35,256 bases of DNA, taken from NCBI GenBank assembly GCA_022813965.1, contig JALDZS010000225.1, positions 1 through 35,256 of the forward strand, written 5' to 3'. This DNA is from Toensbergia leucococca (taxonomy: Eukaryota). Position 1 is the stretch's first letter, and each line of letters opens with the position of its first letter. The translations under genes and the position numbers were made by a program. Shown in pieces: positions 1 to 13,481 of the stretch. The notes beneath the pieces were generated by a model. The model was given only the letters and a program-made list of their open reading frames with translations. It was not told the origin of the DNA and searched no databases.

Positions 1-320
1 TCTATGTACATGTTCTGTTGTGTACACAGACTTTAGATAGTATCTAACAACTACACTAACATCACAATCCTATCAGTCCTCTCTGACAAGTTATAAAGAG
101 AAGATCTTGTATTAAGAAGTATAAAGAATTAAATATAATGTAAATAAATAAGTAAATTAAGTTAAAGATTGAGAAAAATATGAATATGTAATTCAAAATT
201 CTTAAGAAATAAGTTATGTAAGTTTTAAAAGTTAAAGAAAGAAATTATTCTTATAAATAGAAGATTTATCTTTGACTTTATAAATAATATAATAATTCAA
301 TGTTTGATGAGATATATCAA
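1..320. repeat. AT-rich RIP-like degraded repeat remnant; 1-88 may be the 3' end of an LTR (ends ...TGACA)
   Basis: Very AT-rich with no CpG before ~325, then an abrupt switch to balanced composition; no ORF. The LTR call rests only on the TGACA terminus and is weak. Confidence 0.55.
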
Positions 321-645
321 GACTGCGTTGCGGTACAGTGGCCAGCTAAATAGATAATATTTTGACATCGTAGTGTCACATGTTGAATTGATCACTTGAC
401 TCAGCCTAGCCGAATATGACTAAGCGAGTCTCGCCCTCTACAACTTCATCTCAGCCTGCGCCTTGATTCCTTACAGCTAATTTTCTGATTACACTGCATC
501 GAGTCATTCAGTGCCCAAAGATCAGTCCATGACAGATTGAGGGGTTTGACCGGTTGGTGGTAAACCCCCTAGTTTAACCCTCGGTATGAGTATGATTATC
601 TGATGAAATGATATGAATTGCGTTGACCAAGTAACATTCATATTG

Positions 646-1811
646 ATGGCAGTTCAATTATCATCATGGACAAAGCCATTGCTTCGATCACGTATCTTAT
701 TTAATTGGCCTCGGACTGGCCGTCAGCTAAGCCTCGCGTATAATCTTCATGAACCTTCTAGCAAAAATAGGTCTGATCAAGCTCCTTTGATCATTCTTCA
801 CGGGTTGTTCGGCTCCAAGCAAAACAATAGGGGTCTTAGTAAGTACGTTCACGTTACTGTTCATACTCTGCACCCTATGCTGACCTCACAGGGCACTGGC
901 AAGAGAACTACAAGTACCTGTATACGCAATAGTCAGTTCATTGTTGTTTCAATGGGAACATCGGACAAATGCTCACGGAAAGCTAGGATCTTCGAAATCA
1001 TGGCGATTCGCCTCATGACTCTATCCATGACTATCCTGCCATGGCCACTGATGTCGAGGACTTTATGGGAGACCATCAAATTCAGAACCCAACGTTAATT
1101 GGTCATTCTATGTTCGTACAAATACAGCGGTGATTACAGCCAGAGGGCTGATGAAAATGAAGGGGCGCCAAGGTAGCAATGACTGTTGCCTTACGATCAC
1201 CCAGTAGACTGGGGGCGTTGATTGCTGTAGACAACGCGCCCGTTGATGTTGGTTTGAAAGGAGACTTTGGTACCTACGTTCAGGGGATGCGGCAGGTTGA
1301 GGAGTCAAAGGTGATGAAGCAAGTCGAAGCCGATGCGATGTTGAAAGCTTATGTGAAGGTAAAGGCACTCATTCGGTCCCAGAGCAGAATTCCAAGAAGT
1401 CCGTTGAGCTGAAAGTGGTCATCTACTCAGGCTCTACCCGTTCGCCAGTTTCTACTTGCGAACCTCGTCCGAACGCCCGGATCGAGCCATCTCCAGTTCC
1501 GGATTCCCGTGAAGACTCTTGCGGCAAATCTTGACAAGATGGGTGACTTCCCATTCAAAGATCCTGACGAGACACGCTTTGACGGACGTACTCTCTTTGT
1601 TCGTGGTTCCAAGAGTCACTACGTAGCTGACGATGTACTGCCGCTGATTGGACGCTTCTTTCCAAGATTCGAACTGAGAGATATTGAGAGTGGTCACTGG
1701 GTCACGGCAGAGCAGCCAGAGGCTTTTAAAGAAGGTAAATGTTGATATGTATATGCGGAACAAAAGCTGACCAATTTAGCTGTTATCGAGTTTCTACAAG
1801 ATAGAGATTGA
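646..1811 (+). CDS. Alpha/beta hydrolase, ABHD11/IMO32 (YbfF-like) family, probably mitochondrial; 6 exons
   Basis: Spliced product contains LHGLFGSKQN, DLRNHGDSPH, nucleophile motif GHSM|GAK (split by an intron), LIAVDNAP and GHWV..EQPEAF; basic N-terminal presequence; stop TGA 1809-1811. Confidence 0.85.
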
Positions 1812-2145
1812 GGATCGAAGTTCTCCTGTAATCGCAGATATCACACGAAGCACTTTTCCCAGGCACGCTGACTTCACGGTGTTCTCTAAGGTACAATGAA
1901 ACCGCGTATCTGGTTTGGAATGACTGCATTGGCTTTGCTAGATAGTATGAAGTCTGCTAGGCCTGGGATGTCACAAGACTATGATTACACACAAGCCTTT
2001 GCTTAGTAATGCTCTTCGTTCTTTCCTAGGAGCGAATAAATTTGTCAGCGGGCTTGAGATGCCTTCACTACCGACTTCCAATTCCCCTGATCAAACTCGC
2101 CACAAGCAGCTGCGCCTTCCTAGCAACCACTTTCCTCTCTCACAT

Positions 2146-3138
2146 CTAAACAGTTTCTAACACCGTTTCCTTGAATTCCCGCTCAACTTTCTGGCCTTGT
2201 TCATCCGTGGTCGATTCGCCATGCAAATTGAGAAGAGCGCCTAGATCGAATTTAGGTGCCTTCAAAAGCTTGACTTTCCGGATATGAACCTGATCCAGGT
2301 TTAGCTTACGAACGAGCATGCAAAGTACTCTTGTCCACCGCAACATTTGGGTTCACGTACATTTTGTAGAGGATAGATGCCCTGAGTGGCCTTTTCAATT
2401 TCACGACCAATGACCTCCGGAATAAGTTTCGTGGTGAGCTGTGATAACGTGCAGCTTGATGCTTCGCGTTGGATGATTTCAACCATTTTCTTGCGTATGG
2501 AACGGATCTGAGAGGAAGCTGCATAAGTGGTTTTCTTGATCTGATTCGGTCGTCTCTTAGTGAAAGCGATGGCGAAAAGGCGAAGTAGATAGTCATCAGT
2601 AGTTTTGACAGTGATGTTGGCCTCGATGAGGGTCTGCCACTTGCGCACAAGAGACCGGAGCTTATCCGAGGTGAAGTCCAGCCCGTGGAAATTGGTGAGA
2701 CAGTTCTTCCCTTGCACTTCGTCTACCCTAAGCTTAACCTTTCGGAAGGCATGATCCTCATCCTTTTGTAAATCGGCAAGCGATACCTCAAAGATCCTCC
2801 CCTTGAGAGCATCGTTCGCATTCTTCAGCCCAGTCGTCCGATTGACCAAAGTTTTGCCAACACTGTTAACAATTAGCTGCAGCGTTTCAGTTGGGAAGTG
2901 AGGTTGAGCTGACTCTCGGATTTGAAAGGTCGAGGGTGCCTGGGTTTCGTGAGAAAGGCGACATCACAAGAAGTTTCCACAAACCTTGACTGAATACCAG
3001 TCCTTTCGGGTAAAAGGATCTTGCGTCCTCTTCTTGAGCCCTTTCTTCCCCTTTGAAAGACGCTTGTTCCTATATTGCACGTCAGCCAATGTGAACTATG
3101 CCCCCAATTTGTGAAGCCACTGACTTTCCGACGGCCAT
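2146..3138 (-). CDS. RPS1: 40S ribosomal protein eS1 (S1/S3a); 5 exons
   Basis: [30 protein letters not shown]...[11 protein letters not shown]...[27 protein letters not shown]...[20 protein letters not shown] at 3138, TAG at 2146. Confidence 0.97.
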
Positions 3139-5042
3139 GGTTGCGGGTTGAAGGAAGTCGCACGAAATGAGTGAGCGTTTCTCAAGTTCGGTTGTGTGAA
3201 GTCGACACAATTTCGAATTGAGTGTCACATTCATCCACGCACAAGTTGTTTAGCGAGATGGCGCTAAGGAATAGGGCTTTTCGAGCGAAGCACGCATGTA
3301 CATGAGTGCGAGTGTGTCGAGGATAGCATAAATACCTAATTGTTACTCTACAGGAAGTAAGTCTTTACACACGGAAGATGTGTACATCAAAGGAACCATC
3401 ATATAATTTAATACTCAAATGCAAAATCAGATCAGAGAATCAAATTGCATTCGTCATCTCATTGAGTTGTTAACCGTGATCATAGGGTGTGAAAATGATT
3501 TCTAAGAAGACCGGCAGAACGAATCTAATCAATTAATATAGCCTCATATAGGTCTGAAGCGCAGTAATTGACAGTGCGTAGAGGAAACCAGGGTACCATG
3601 CAAAACGCCGCCTTCATATGGAAAAGTCATGTTATTGCCTGTACGCTATCTATATCGATGATCATGCAATCTGCAAGCTCCGCCATCCTTCTCTATTGCT
3701 CTCGAAGTCAGGGAAGTCTACACAGCCTTCTACGCACCGCTAGCATGCTACGAACAGGACAAATCGGGTTTCATTCTCTTTGTCGCCATCCCTTACCAAC
3801 GCCGCTCTGTTGTCATTTTTTGCGTGGAATCTTGATGAATAGCCCTACGTATTTCTCTGTACCAGGATTTCCAGGGGTCGAAGGGTGGCGAGGACATGCA
3901 AGGACGTTCAGCCACGTCCTAAACCGGGACAGAAGCGGCTTGCAAAAAGTATCTTGTCAACGATGAGTAGGCACGGTGCTGCCTTCTTCCCTCTGTTTTC
4001 GGCTCTCGTGCAAAATGTACTGTTCGCGCTGAGCATAGGCGGAGATGTTGCTGGGGGTGGGAGAGAGAGAGAGACTGTAGCACCCCCACGGAGAACATCG
4101 TGAGTAGCAAATGCGGTGGTGGATTTCATAGGAGGCGGATTCTACTCCGTTGATGCTGTTTGACTTGCTACATCGAAATTGACGTCCCAAAGGCATCTGT
4201 ACTTTCTTGACCTGCCGTAAATGAAAAGTATTGAATGACTAAGGGAAAACGTCAAAGTAGTCAATGAGATCTCGTACTATGGATTGGCTTGATCAAATGT
4301 GTTCCTCAAGCTAACGAATGAATGGTCAATTTCACAATATCTTGATCGGCCATTGACGCATGGAAAGCAGCGTCTCTGCCCAATCGATGCTCAATGAATT
4401 TGACCTTAGAACATTGACGTGTTCATAACGAATAAAAGCATTGTACCGACAGCTCTCGTCCGAACTTGCATATAAAGTCAGCTCATTTGTGTAACTGCTA
4501 AGTTTTAAGGTCGCTCAAAATAATTTTTTTTGTTGGAAAGCTCAAATTGACTTTGGATTTGCAGAACCTTGAAATGTTTTTGATGCGTTTGCAAGACTCA
4601 TCATGTCCTCGAGAAAGTGGCTGCTGCAAGCAGCTAAGGAAGTATTCCTCCAGCATGGACTCAAAGGTAGGGCTACTTCCGAGTCTTCTTAGCTGGACGG
4701 CCTACTTGCTCAAACGGTACCACGTACGTTACAACTCATCCACCTAGAACCTTTTCATTTCGAAGCTTTTGGCAAGCTGCGGTACCGGTATCTATGGCTC
4801 TTATGACATCGTAATTCGACAGGAAGGTCAAAACCTCATGCTGGACATCGGTAAATACCTGACATAGATACGAATTGTCTGATTGGGTGTTCTTGCCACT
4901 TAAGACGTGGGGTATTGACTGTCTGGAAGCCTTGACAATTCAAGGATCATCGGTAAAGACTAAATCTCCGATTTCAGTGGTCGCTTGATCCCACAATAGA
5001 GCTACTTTTTTTGAACGTCAAGATATGCATACTAGGTATAGC

Positions 5043-7223
5043 TCAATGCTTTGTCGAAGACCTAGGAATTAGACTCATGTAGCACTTGATAGGAGAGGTG
5101 CTTGTTTAATTTCACTTACATCAACATCATCCCAAGCACGTCCTTGTACCTGAGAAAGCTCAGCCATGTTCATGACCTTGCCTGTCGTAACTGCGGCATA
5201 TATGAGTCTCTTGTGACGCATAAGGCCGAGAACATTCCTAGGAGTTCTCACAGTATCCTGCATGTATCTTTGCATCGATTTCCACTCTACTATCTTCTGG
5301 AATGAGCTCATCAGGGATCGGAACCCGCTCAAGAATAGGGATGCCTTGTTCAACAATGGCATCATGCTTCAAGCTGACACCAGTGTCAGCTTGAGAAGGT
5401 GGTCGTGCAAGCGATGATTTACACCCCGTGGATTAGACCTTTCAAAAGGAGGAGACAACATACTTCGACATGCTCAGCATGCGGTCAATCTTGGTTATGC
5501 CAAGCCAATGTAGAATCTGGGAGCGTTTCGTCAACATGTGATAGAATGCCAAGGGGTTTGTTTCCATACATCGGGCATCAGAGTTTGGAACCGCATATCC
5601 TAAGTGGTTTAGTCCATGTTTGATGCAGTTGTCAAAACGAAAATATGAACCTTAACTCCTGCAATGTTCTCTGTCCTCTTGAAATATTCACTCGCACCTG
5701 CCTCAAGGGTATTAGTATCTTCATGAAGCACTTCATCACAGCAGAACGTACGATCTGTGCCGCGTTTTCCTTAGGATGCATATTGTTAGTCTCCTTCTGT
5801 TGTACTCAACAAGGCCTGGGATTATGCTCACTCGCATTGTAAACAAGATATTTTGTCACTTCACCCAGTGCTCGACCTTCTTTGCGAAAGTAGATAACGA
5901 CGCCGCTTCCCCCACGCTGCGCTTCTTTGACGGCTTCTTCAACGCCAAATATCAAGTAAGGTCGGCAAGTACAGATGTCAGATCCAAACACGTCGCTACC
6001 GTTACACTCATCGTGAACTCGGAGCGCTAGTCGAAGACTAGGATCCGACATTTTTGCAGGGTCGCCGAAGCAATAAACAGTCAATCCGCCAATTGGAGGG
6101 AGAAAAAGCTTAATATCACCTCTCGTGATGAGTTCGGGGAATGACCCTCCTGTGTTCTCAAACAACGATCTCCGTAGGGTCCCTTCATCTATATTGATGT
6201 TAGATGAAGTCAATATAAAAAGCAATTCAATCGTTCTTTTTCTTGAACTCGGTCACAAGCCTCTGACCTACCGATTCCAAACCGCTCCGCGACTCCTGGT
6301 AAATGCCACACTGGCTCGACGGCGAACTTGGTGACCGCTAGCTCACCAGTCTCGTTGAGACATATCTTACCATCAGGAACAAGCCGTCCCGAGCGAACAC
6401 TGTTCTCAAGCTCTGGAAGCTTCATGTGAGCTTTCGTAATGGCAATTGTCGGCCTGATGTCGATATTCTCATTATGCATCGTCTTCGAAAACAGCCAGGG
6501 TGACAGGTGGCCAAGCGGGTCCATCGAAACAATCTTCTTGACATCTGCCCATTGTGGAAACGGACCAATGCTCGCCGCGGGTTCAGTGTCTGTAAAATCA
6601 GGCCTGTGATCCACATTTAGATTCTTGCTGGCAACAGCTAAGGCGTGATATATTGAGTATGATCCACCATGGGCTCCGATTGCTGTCAAACGCATGGGTT
6701 AGAACGACACCAAGGACATGATAAATTGTAACTTACCATTACGTCGCCGAATGGTGCTTTGACTACGTGACACCACAACAGGGCCCCTCTGCATAGGGTC
6801 TGAGTGTCCCCAATTCATTATAAGAGGGTCGATGCCCGTCCGTCCAGGATATGTTGTTAGGATGATCCGCGAAGTAGTCCCACCGCTGCTACGTTCAGAT
6901 ACCACAGCTGGTACGGTGTGAGCAGCTACAAGAGCACCTTCCAACGTCGCGAGATGTATACTAGGCGTAAGGGGGGTGGGAGTGTTGGAGGACCCGTGAT
7001 CTCCTGAAGATGGAGATGACACGGAGCCATTTTGATTCGATAATGTCGTTCCTGCAGCATCGCGGACTTGCTTGACTCCTGCTAAGATGTTCACCCGTCC
7101 TTCAATGGTTTCTACGGCTGAAGAGAGTCGTCGGTAGTCTTGTTGTATGGCTAGAAGCGTGGTATTGATTTCCTTGAGCAACTCAAGCTGATCGCTTTGC
7201 CCTTCAAGGGTTTCTGAAGCCAT
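5043..7223 (-). CDS. URC1: URC1/urg1-type GTP cyclohydrolase II-like protein (uracil catabolism / uracil-regulated protein 1); 10 exons
   Basis: N-terminal domain RGPVVVSR...RNAIGAHGGSYSIYHALA followed by a RibA-like domain with Zn cysteines RVHDECNGSDVFGSDICTC, EGRALGEVTKYLVYNARKR and DMRFQ; splicing through small exons restores one ORF ending WDDVDH*. The final exon is less certain. Confidence 0.9.
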
Positions 7224-7622
7224 GAGAGACTGAAAGGTTTCTCGACTAGAGAGAGGTATTTAAGCACTTAGCAGAGACAGAAAAGTCGTGGCAGAGTCTT
7301 TAAAAATGGTGTTCCGTTGTCATCTAGCATGAAATATTTACGTTGGAAAGACAAAAGTATCGTATGGGTGGTACTTTGCTAAATGACCAGCATTTAATAC
7401 GCAGAAAAGTATCTGTAACGGTACCAGATTAGTGTAAAGTCTCTAAATTAGTTTAAGTTATCTCCCGTCGTTATCAATGAGGTCAGGCTGCAGTGCACAA
7501 CGGCAAAGAGCTTAGTGCAAGGCTTAGCGTGTTTTGCCTACAAAGTAAAGGTACTTTGATATTGCCTTACCCTACTCTCCCTTTACAAACTCCACTGCCA
7601 AGAGGGCAAGACTTGTGTCAAC

Positions 7623-8212
7623 ATGGTGGGATCTTCTTCTAACTAGGATACTAGTGTCTTCAATATATTGACGTCTCCTGCAGGGGAAGCGCAAGAAGTC
7701 CTCGCGGAAACCACAGGGACCGAAAAAGGTTCAATTCTGATGCTTCTTTCTGAAAACCTGAAATGATACTCATACATGGCAGAAAGAGCCCCTACCAACA
7801 GCATTCTCATGTCTGTTTTGTAACCATGAAAAATCGGTATCTGTGAAGATGGACAAAAAGGCCGGAACTGGTGAATTATCGTGCAAAGTATGTGGCCAGC
7901 AGTTCCAGACAGGAATCAATTGTAAGTCGTTGACTGGTTTCAAAAACCGTGTTCTCCACCCAGTGTCAGCTAACAAACATACCTACAGACCTCTCCGCAG
8001 CTGTTGATGTCTATAGTGACTGGATTGACGCATGCGATTCAGTAGCCCAAGAAGCAGCTGGCACATCTAGGGAGAGTGATGCCCCACATTCATATCAAGA
8101 CCTCACAGCAGGCCCAGGTGGCCGGAGGAATTCAGAATTCCAGAATGATCGGCATCTGGTCCCTGTAGCTGGGGATGACGATGATCAGGGAAACTATGAC
8201 GATGAGGACTGA
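7623..8212 (+). CDS. ELF1: Transcription elongation factor Elf1 (zinc ribbon); 4 exons, first coding exon is ATG only
   Basis: M|GKRKKSSRKPQGPKK|KEPLPTAFSCLFCNHEKSVSVKMDKKAGTGELSCKVCGQQFQTGIN|YLSAAVDVYSDWIDACD plus acidic tail. Confidence 0.93.
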
Positions 8213-8446
8213 GCGGAACCCTACGACCCGCGCAAAATTGTGATTGTAATGGATACCATAGCAATTCTCAAACTGTCACGAAGTATCTAGGGAACTGCGT
8301 CGGAATAAATATTAGGCTTCTCTTTTCAGAACTTGACTTTAGTCTATGCTCTGTCTGTCAGATTTCTGTACATCATGTGTGACGTGTGCGAGCATAAAAA
8401 CAATGAGTCACTATTGAAGACCCTTTTTAGACAACAAAAAGGTGCC

Positions 8447-9371
<925 letters not shown>

Positions 9372-9910
9372 GTTTGATCAGAGGCTGCTTATCTAGAAAA
9401 CAGAGGAAGGAGGTTGTGCAATACAAATGCTCATCCCACTTGACGGAGCTCCTTTTACCCATATGCTCCATAAGAAGTTTTGATATATTCAAATGCAGCA
9501 TGCCAAGAGAGAGGCTTAGAGTGGAGACGAAGGTAAGATGTCATCCGATAAAGAGGAGCGACTCGAGCGGAGCCTTAGAATACCTTACTACAAGGTACTA
9601 GTCTCGAACTTGGACATCCGTACCTATCCTTACATTATCCGTACCTTAGTCTTGGTATGTAAATTAGCTGTTTCGTAATCAGTCGTTGCTGTCCCAAACG
9701 GAACCTCGTCAATAGCGAATCACGTCTTTTTGACCTCAAACAATCAATACTGCGTAGGATACTTGGGCTCTCAATATGCCAGAAGCAAATCCTTGAGGCT
9801 CCAAAATTGCGAAAGACTCACATAGAATGCGCGCTTGCTGTCTCCTGCTGCTCTTCTAAAAACTGTCCACTAACATCCAAGCCACAGCCTCTGCCACCAC
9901 TCTGTTGACA

Positions 9911-12900
9911 ATGACGCTCGCCAAAAGTGCTAAACCTCGCCGTAAAGCTGCAACATATGGCAAGGCATCGCGCAAGCGGATGATAGACAGCAGCACTGCA
10001 GCAACGGAGGGTCCTGCTCATCCAGCTGAACCAAGTGCTGGAGACGGTGCTATACTCTCACACAGTCAGCCGAACAAAGGCCGCTCATCACTGAGAAGAC
10101 CCGCACGTCACGACAAGTGTGAAAGATTAGGCAGTGAAGACGAAAGGGAACGAGTCGAGCTTTTGCCAAACAGCAAGCAGGTTCTCCAGTCCAGTGCCGG
10201 CTGTATATCAGGACCGTTTCAAAGAGGCGATTCCCACGCAACTGGTAGACGTGGTACTCTATACGAGGTACCATCTTCTGACGACGAGCGCGTGGAGATG
10301 GATCATCTTACGAGGAAGAGGAGAAAGGTTGAAACAATATTGGAGAAAACGAAAGCCATCTTGGTCTACGATGATGATACTCTACAAAGACATATTACTT
10401 TCGAGACCAGCGGCGACTCTATACAGCCTTTGCGCTGCCAGGAGAACGGTACAGTCACGCAAGATCAAGCCTATAAACCAAATTCGGAAAAAAGAACACC
10501 AATTGCTGCCCACAAGCCCTTGCTCGGTAAGGGGCGTCTGCTTTCTCACCCTCGAGATTCTCTTGAGCCCAAAAGTTTGCCGTCTAGCCCAGCTAGTCGC
10601 CGACAAACAGCTATAGAACAGGAACTTGCGACCACCTGGTCTCTCTCACGGAAGTCACCCGCGAAGGTCAATCTAATATCGCAGAAATCCGACGACAATC
10701 TAAAAGGCGAGTATAAGAGACCCAAACAGCATCAGGATTTGCAGTTGCCTGAATTGACACCGCCTCCCAGACTGGGCAGTGATAACAAAGATTCTTCATC
10801 CCCTTCGACACATGAGTTCCAGCCGCGAACCCCTGTAAAGACTATAAAATCAGATAAAGGCACCACGACCCCACGTCAGCGGGAGCTCTGGAATATGCTT
10901 CTCAAAGAAGACCTTCGAAACGAGAGCCCTAGTTGTCTTGACCTTCCGGGCCTGAAAATTATTGACAAACCCGCGTTCAGACTTAATGGATCTGCAAGAC
11001 ACGAGACCTCGACCCAGCTACAGCCTCTTATCGCAGATCAACGCAGGAGACTCGTCGAAAGATTAATGTCTCCAGACAGCAATGAAATTCAAGCTGGGAC
11101 GTCCTCTGATGACGACAGATTGAGCGATAATGATAACCAGCTGAACAACGGCCAAGGTCATGCAGCAGAAGCTGTTTGCAATCCTCTCAAGGAAGCTCCA
11201 TCATACGATGAATCTCAGGGGACGGACGTCTTCTTCGAACCACAGGATGGTACATTTCCTAGTGCGGTTCAGCTTAAGCCACTGCGTCAGAACGGAGGGT
11301 TAAAAGTAACGTATGCCCGCCAACGGTCATATCTTACTGAAGATGATCTGGTCGATGATGTACTCTTCAGCAGCACGCCAATCGATCATGATGTGATAGC
11401 CGTAAACATGCCCAGGCGCAGAGGACTGAACGCAACTGGTCCAAAGTTTTCGCCGTTTCAGGGTCTCGCTGAAGAAATGGACGAAGCTGATAGTTCCCAC
11501 GGGGGAAAAATCAGGAGTATTCATGAGTTGCGTGAGGCGGGTGGTAACGCACGCTTTGTCAGTGAGATGGAAGCAATCCTCGACGATATTGACGAGAAAG
11601 CGGCTGTCCCCATCGCATTCAGACGTTCTAGATTACTTGATCTTGTGGTTAAACTTCAAGAACCTGCGTTTTGCCGCCGATTTATTGATTACGGGTTAGA
11701 GGCGCGGCTTCTGGCTCATCTTGAATCGAATGCTGATCTTGTGATGGATGCCCTGGTTGCTGCAGCGTTATTACATCTCGTTGCCAGCCCAACTTCTACT
11801 CAGGTCCTGTCTCAGATGAGCGATCCACGTACCGTGATCTTTCTTATGGGACTTATGGATAAAAATGAAGAATTGACCACTAGTGCAAAGCATCGCAGAA
11901 TCAACATCTCCAAGATGGCTCAGATGGACTTGAGAAGAGTTTGCGACTCGCTGCTGCAGTCACCAATAATCTGGAAGACTGGCAGCCCACGGGTTATCAC
12001 TCCTCGCATACTTTCTCTGCAGTGCCTAGAATCGCTTGTTCGTCAAGTAAGGGAGACAGGCTCAACAGCTGAAGTCCTCCCTCGAAGTTCTCTTGAGCGA
12101 ATTGCCGAGTTGCTCGAGCCAGCTCCCTCCCACTCCACTTTTAGTGCGGCGATTGAGATTCGAGTTGCAGTATCCATACTTGAATCTTGCACCGTTAGCA
12201 ACTTGGACCTGCGTAAAGTACAATGGAAAGACCATACACTTGAGAGGGTGAAGAGACTGCTCCCGCGATTGAATGTTTGGTCAGAAGAGGATACTGGGAC
12301 ATTAAAGACATTGACCCTTCGGCTGTATCTCAATCTCACGAACAATGACCACAAACTTTGCGAGGTATTCTCCACTCCAGAAGTGATTAGTGCGATATCC
12401 AGGATCATTGTCTCACATTTCCAATACCTGTCCCAGGGTACTATCAAAGACCGGGAAGCACCTCTGCTCGATAATCTGATCCTTTCGCTGGGTTCGTTGA
12501 TCAACCTTACAGAATGGTGCGATAATGCTCGGTGCTTGGTCATGAGTCTCTGTGACGGGGACATGAATTTCTTGGACGTTTTCATGCAGCTGTTCCTGAC
12601 AAAGATAACGAGAACTGCCGAGGTATGTGTCAAATAGTTGGTTCCTTGGAGTTTCAATACTGACTTAGCAAGGCGTTTTCCGATGATGAAATTAGTTCTA
12701 ACGTGGCGTTTGGGTACTTGTCAGTGCTTCTCAGCTATTTGTGCCTCAACGGTACAATCCGAAAGCGAGTTTGCTCTCGGCTCCGTGGAGGAACATTGAC
12801 ACAACTACTTGACACAGTAGAGGAGTTCCTGCAGTACCATCGGCAAATTGACGAAGAAATACATCGGAATGACAGGGGAGCGGAATTAGATGTTAGGGCT

Positions 12901-12951
12901 GGCTTCATTGGCCGCTTGCAAGGCGTTGTAGAGGGTCTGAAGCAGGTCTAG
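9911..12951 (+). CDS. WPL1: Wings-apart-like cohesin release factor (WAPL/Wpl1/Rad61); 2 exons
   Basis: Long disordered N-terminus with TYGK and KVTYARQRSYL motifs, then KIRSIHELREAGGNARF, LRLYLNLTNN, LILSLGSLINLTE and NVAFGYLSVLL typical of the fungal WAPL domain; intron ~12623-12672. Confidence 0.82.
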
Positions 12952-13481
12952 GGATGGCAATGAGAATGTGCGTGGGCCACATGACGGCAGAGACCAAGCA
13001 ATCAGTGTACAGTAGATGTTGATTGGCCGTCGGATTATATGGTGCTTTCAGTTGATCAACAAGCCCTGCATGAATGATATTTGCAGCGCATACGCGACGG
13101 CTTCGTCCCTAGTAAGCTTCCGATGCACGTCTAGATACCTTAGCTGTAGCGTGTCATTGCCGCGCACGCTGACCGCTCCTTCTGCCCCTGGAACGCTTGT
13201 ATCGACAAAGCAAAGACAGATGGTTCAGGTATGAATTGTGCCATGTCTGATAGTTTAACTAAGGTACTTAGTACTACCGCACCACTACCTACCTACCATT
13301 GCTGTCTCTAGTCGTCTATCTTAATAAGAATTACGTAATTTCCTAGAAAGTCTACCTGAGAGATTCTTGCCGACATGTAATAGTAGTAGTTGAAGCAATT
13401 GCCTGATTGCTGAAGCTTCTCTACAAAGCACTCATCTACAATCTCAGGAGCGGGTGACGAGGATATCTTTCTTGAATCAAG

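Noticed and set aside
541..581. GGGGTTT/AAACCCC/TAACCCT as telomeric repeats
   Set aside because: No tandem TTAGGG array; only isolated similar words.
4061..4074. (GA)7 microsatellite
   Set aside because: Short, common and without supporting context.
5806..6695. Riboflavin-pathway GTP cyclohydrolase II (RIB1)
   Set aside because: The extra N-terminal AIGAHGGSY domain, the RVHDECNGSDVFGS motif and linkage to UPRT fit URC1/urg1 rather than RIB1.
7623..7683. ATG-only first coding exon of ELF1 as a novelty
   Set aside because: Start-codon-adjacent introns are common in fungal genes; recorded in the feature only.
12043..12657. Long antisense and alternative-frame ORFs over WAPL, myosin, SES1 and the P450
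   Set aside because: Shadow ORFs of genuine coding exons with no recognisable motifs.
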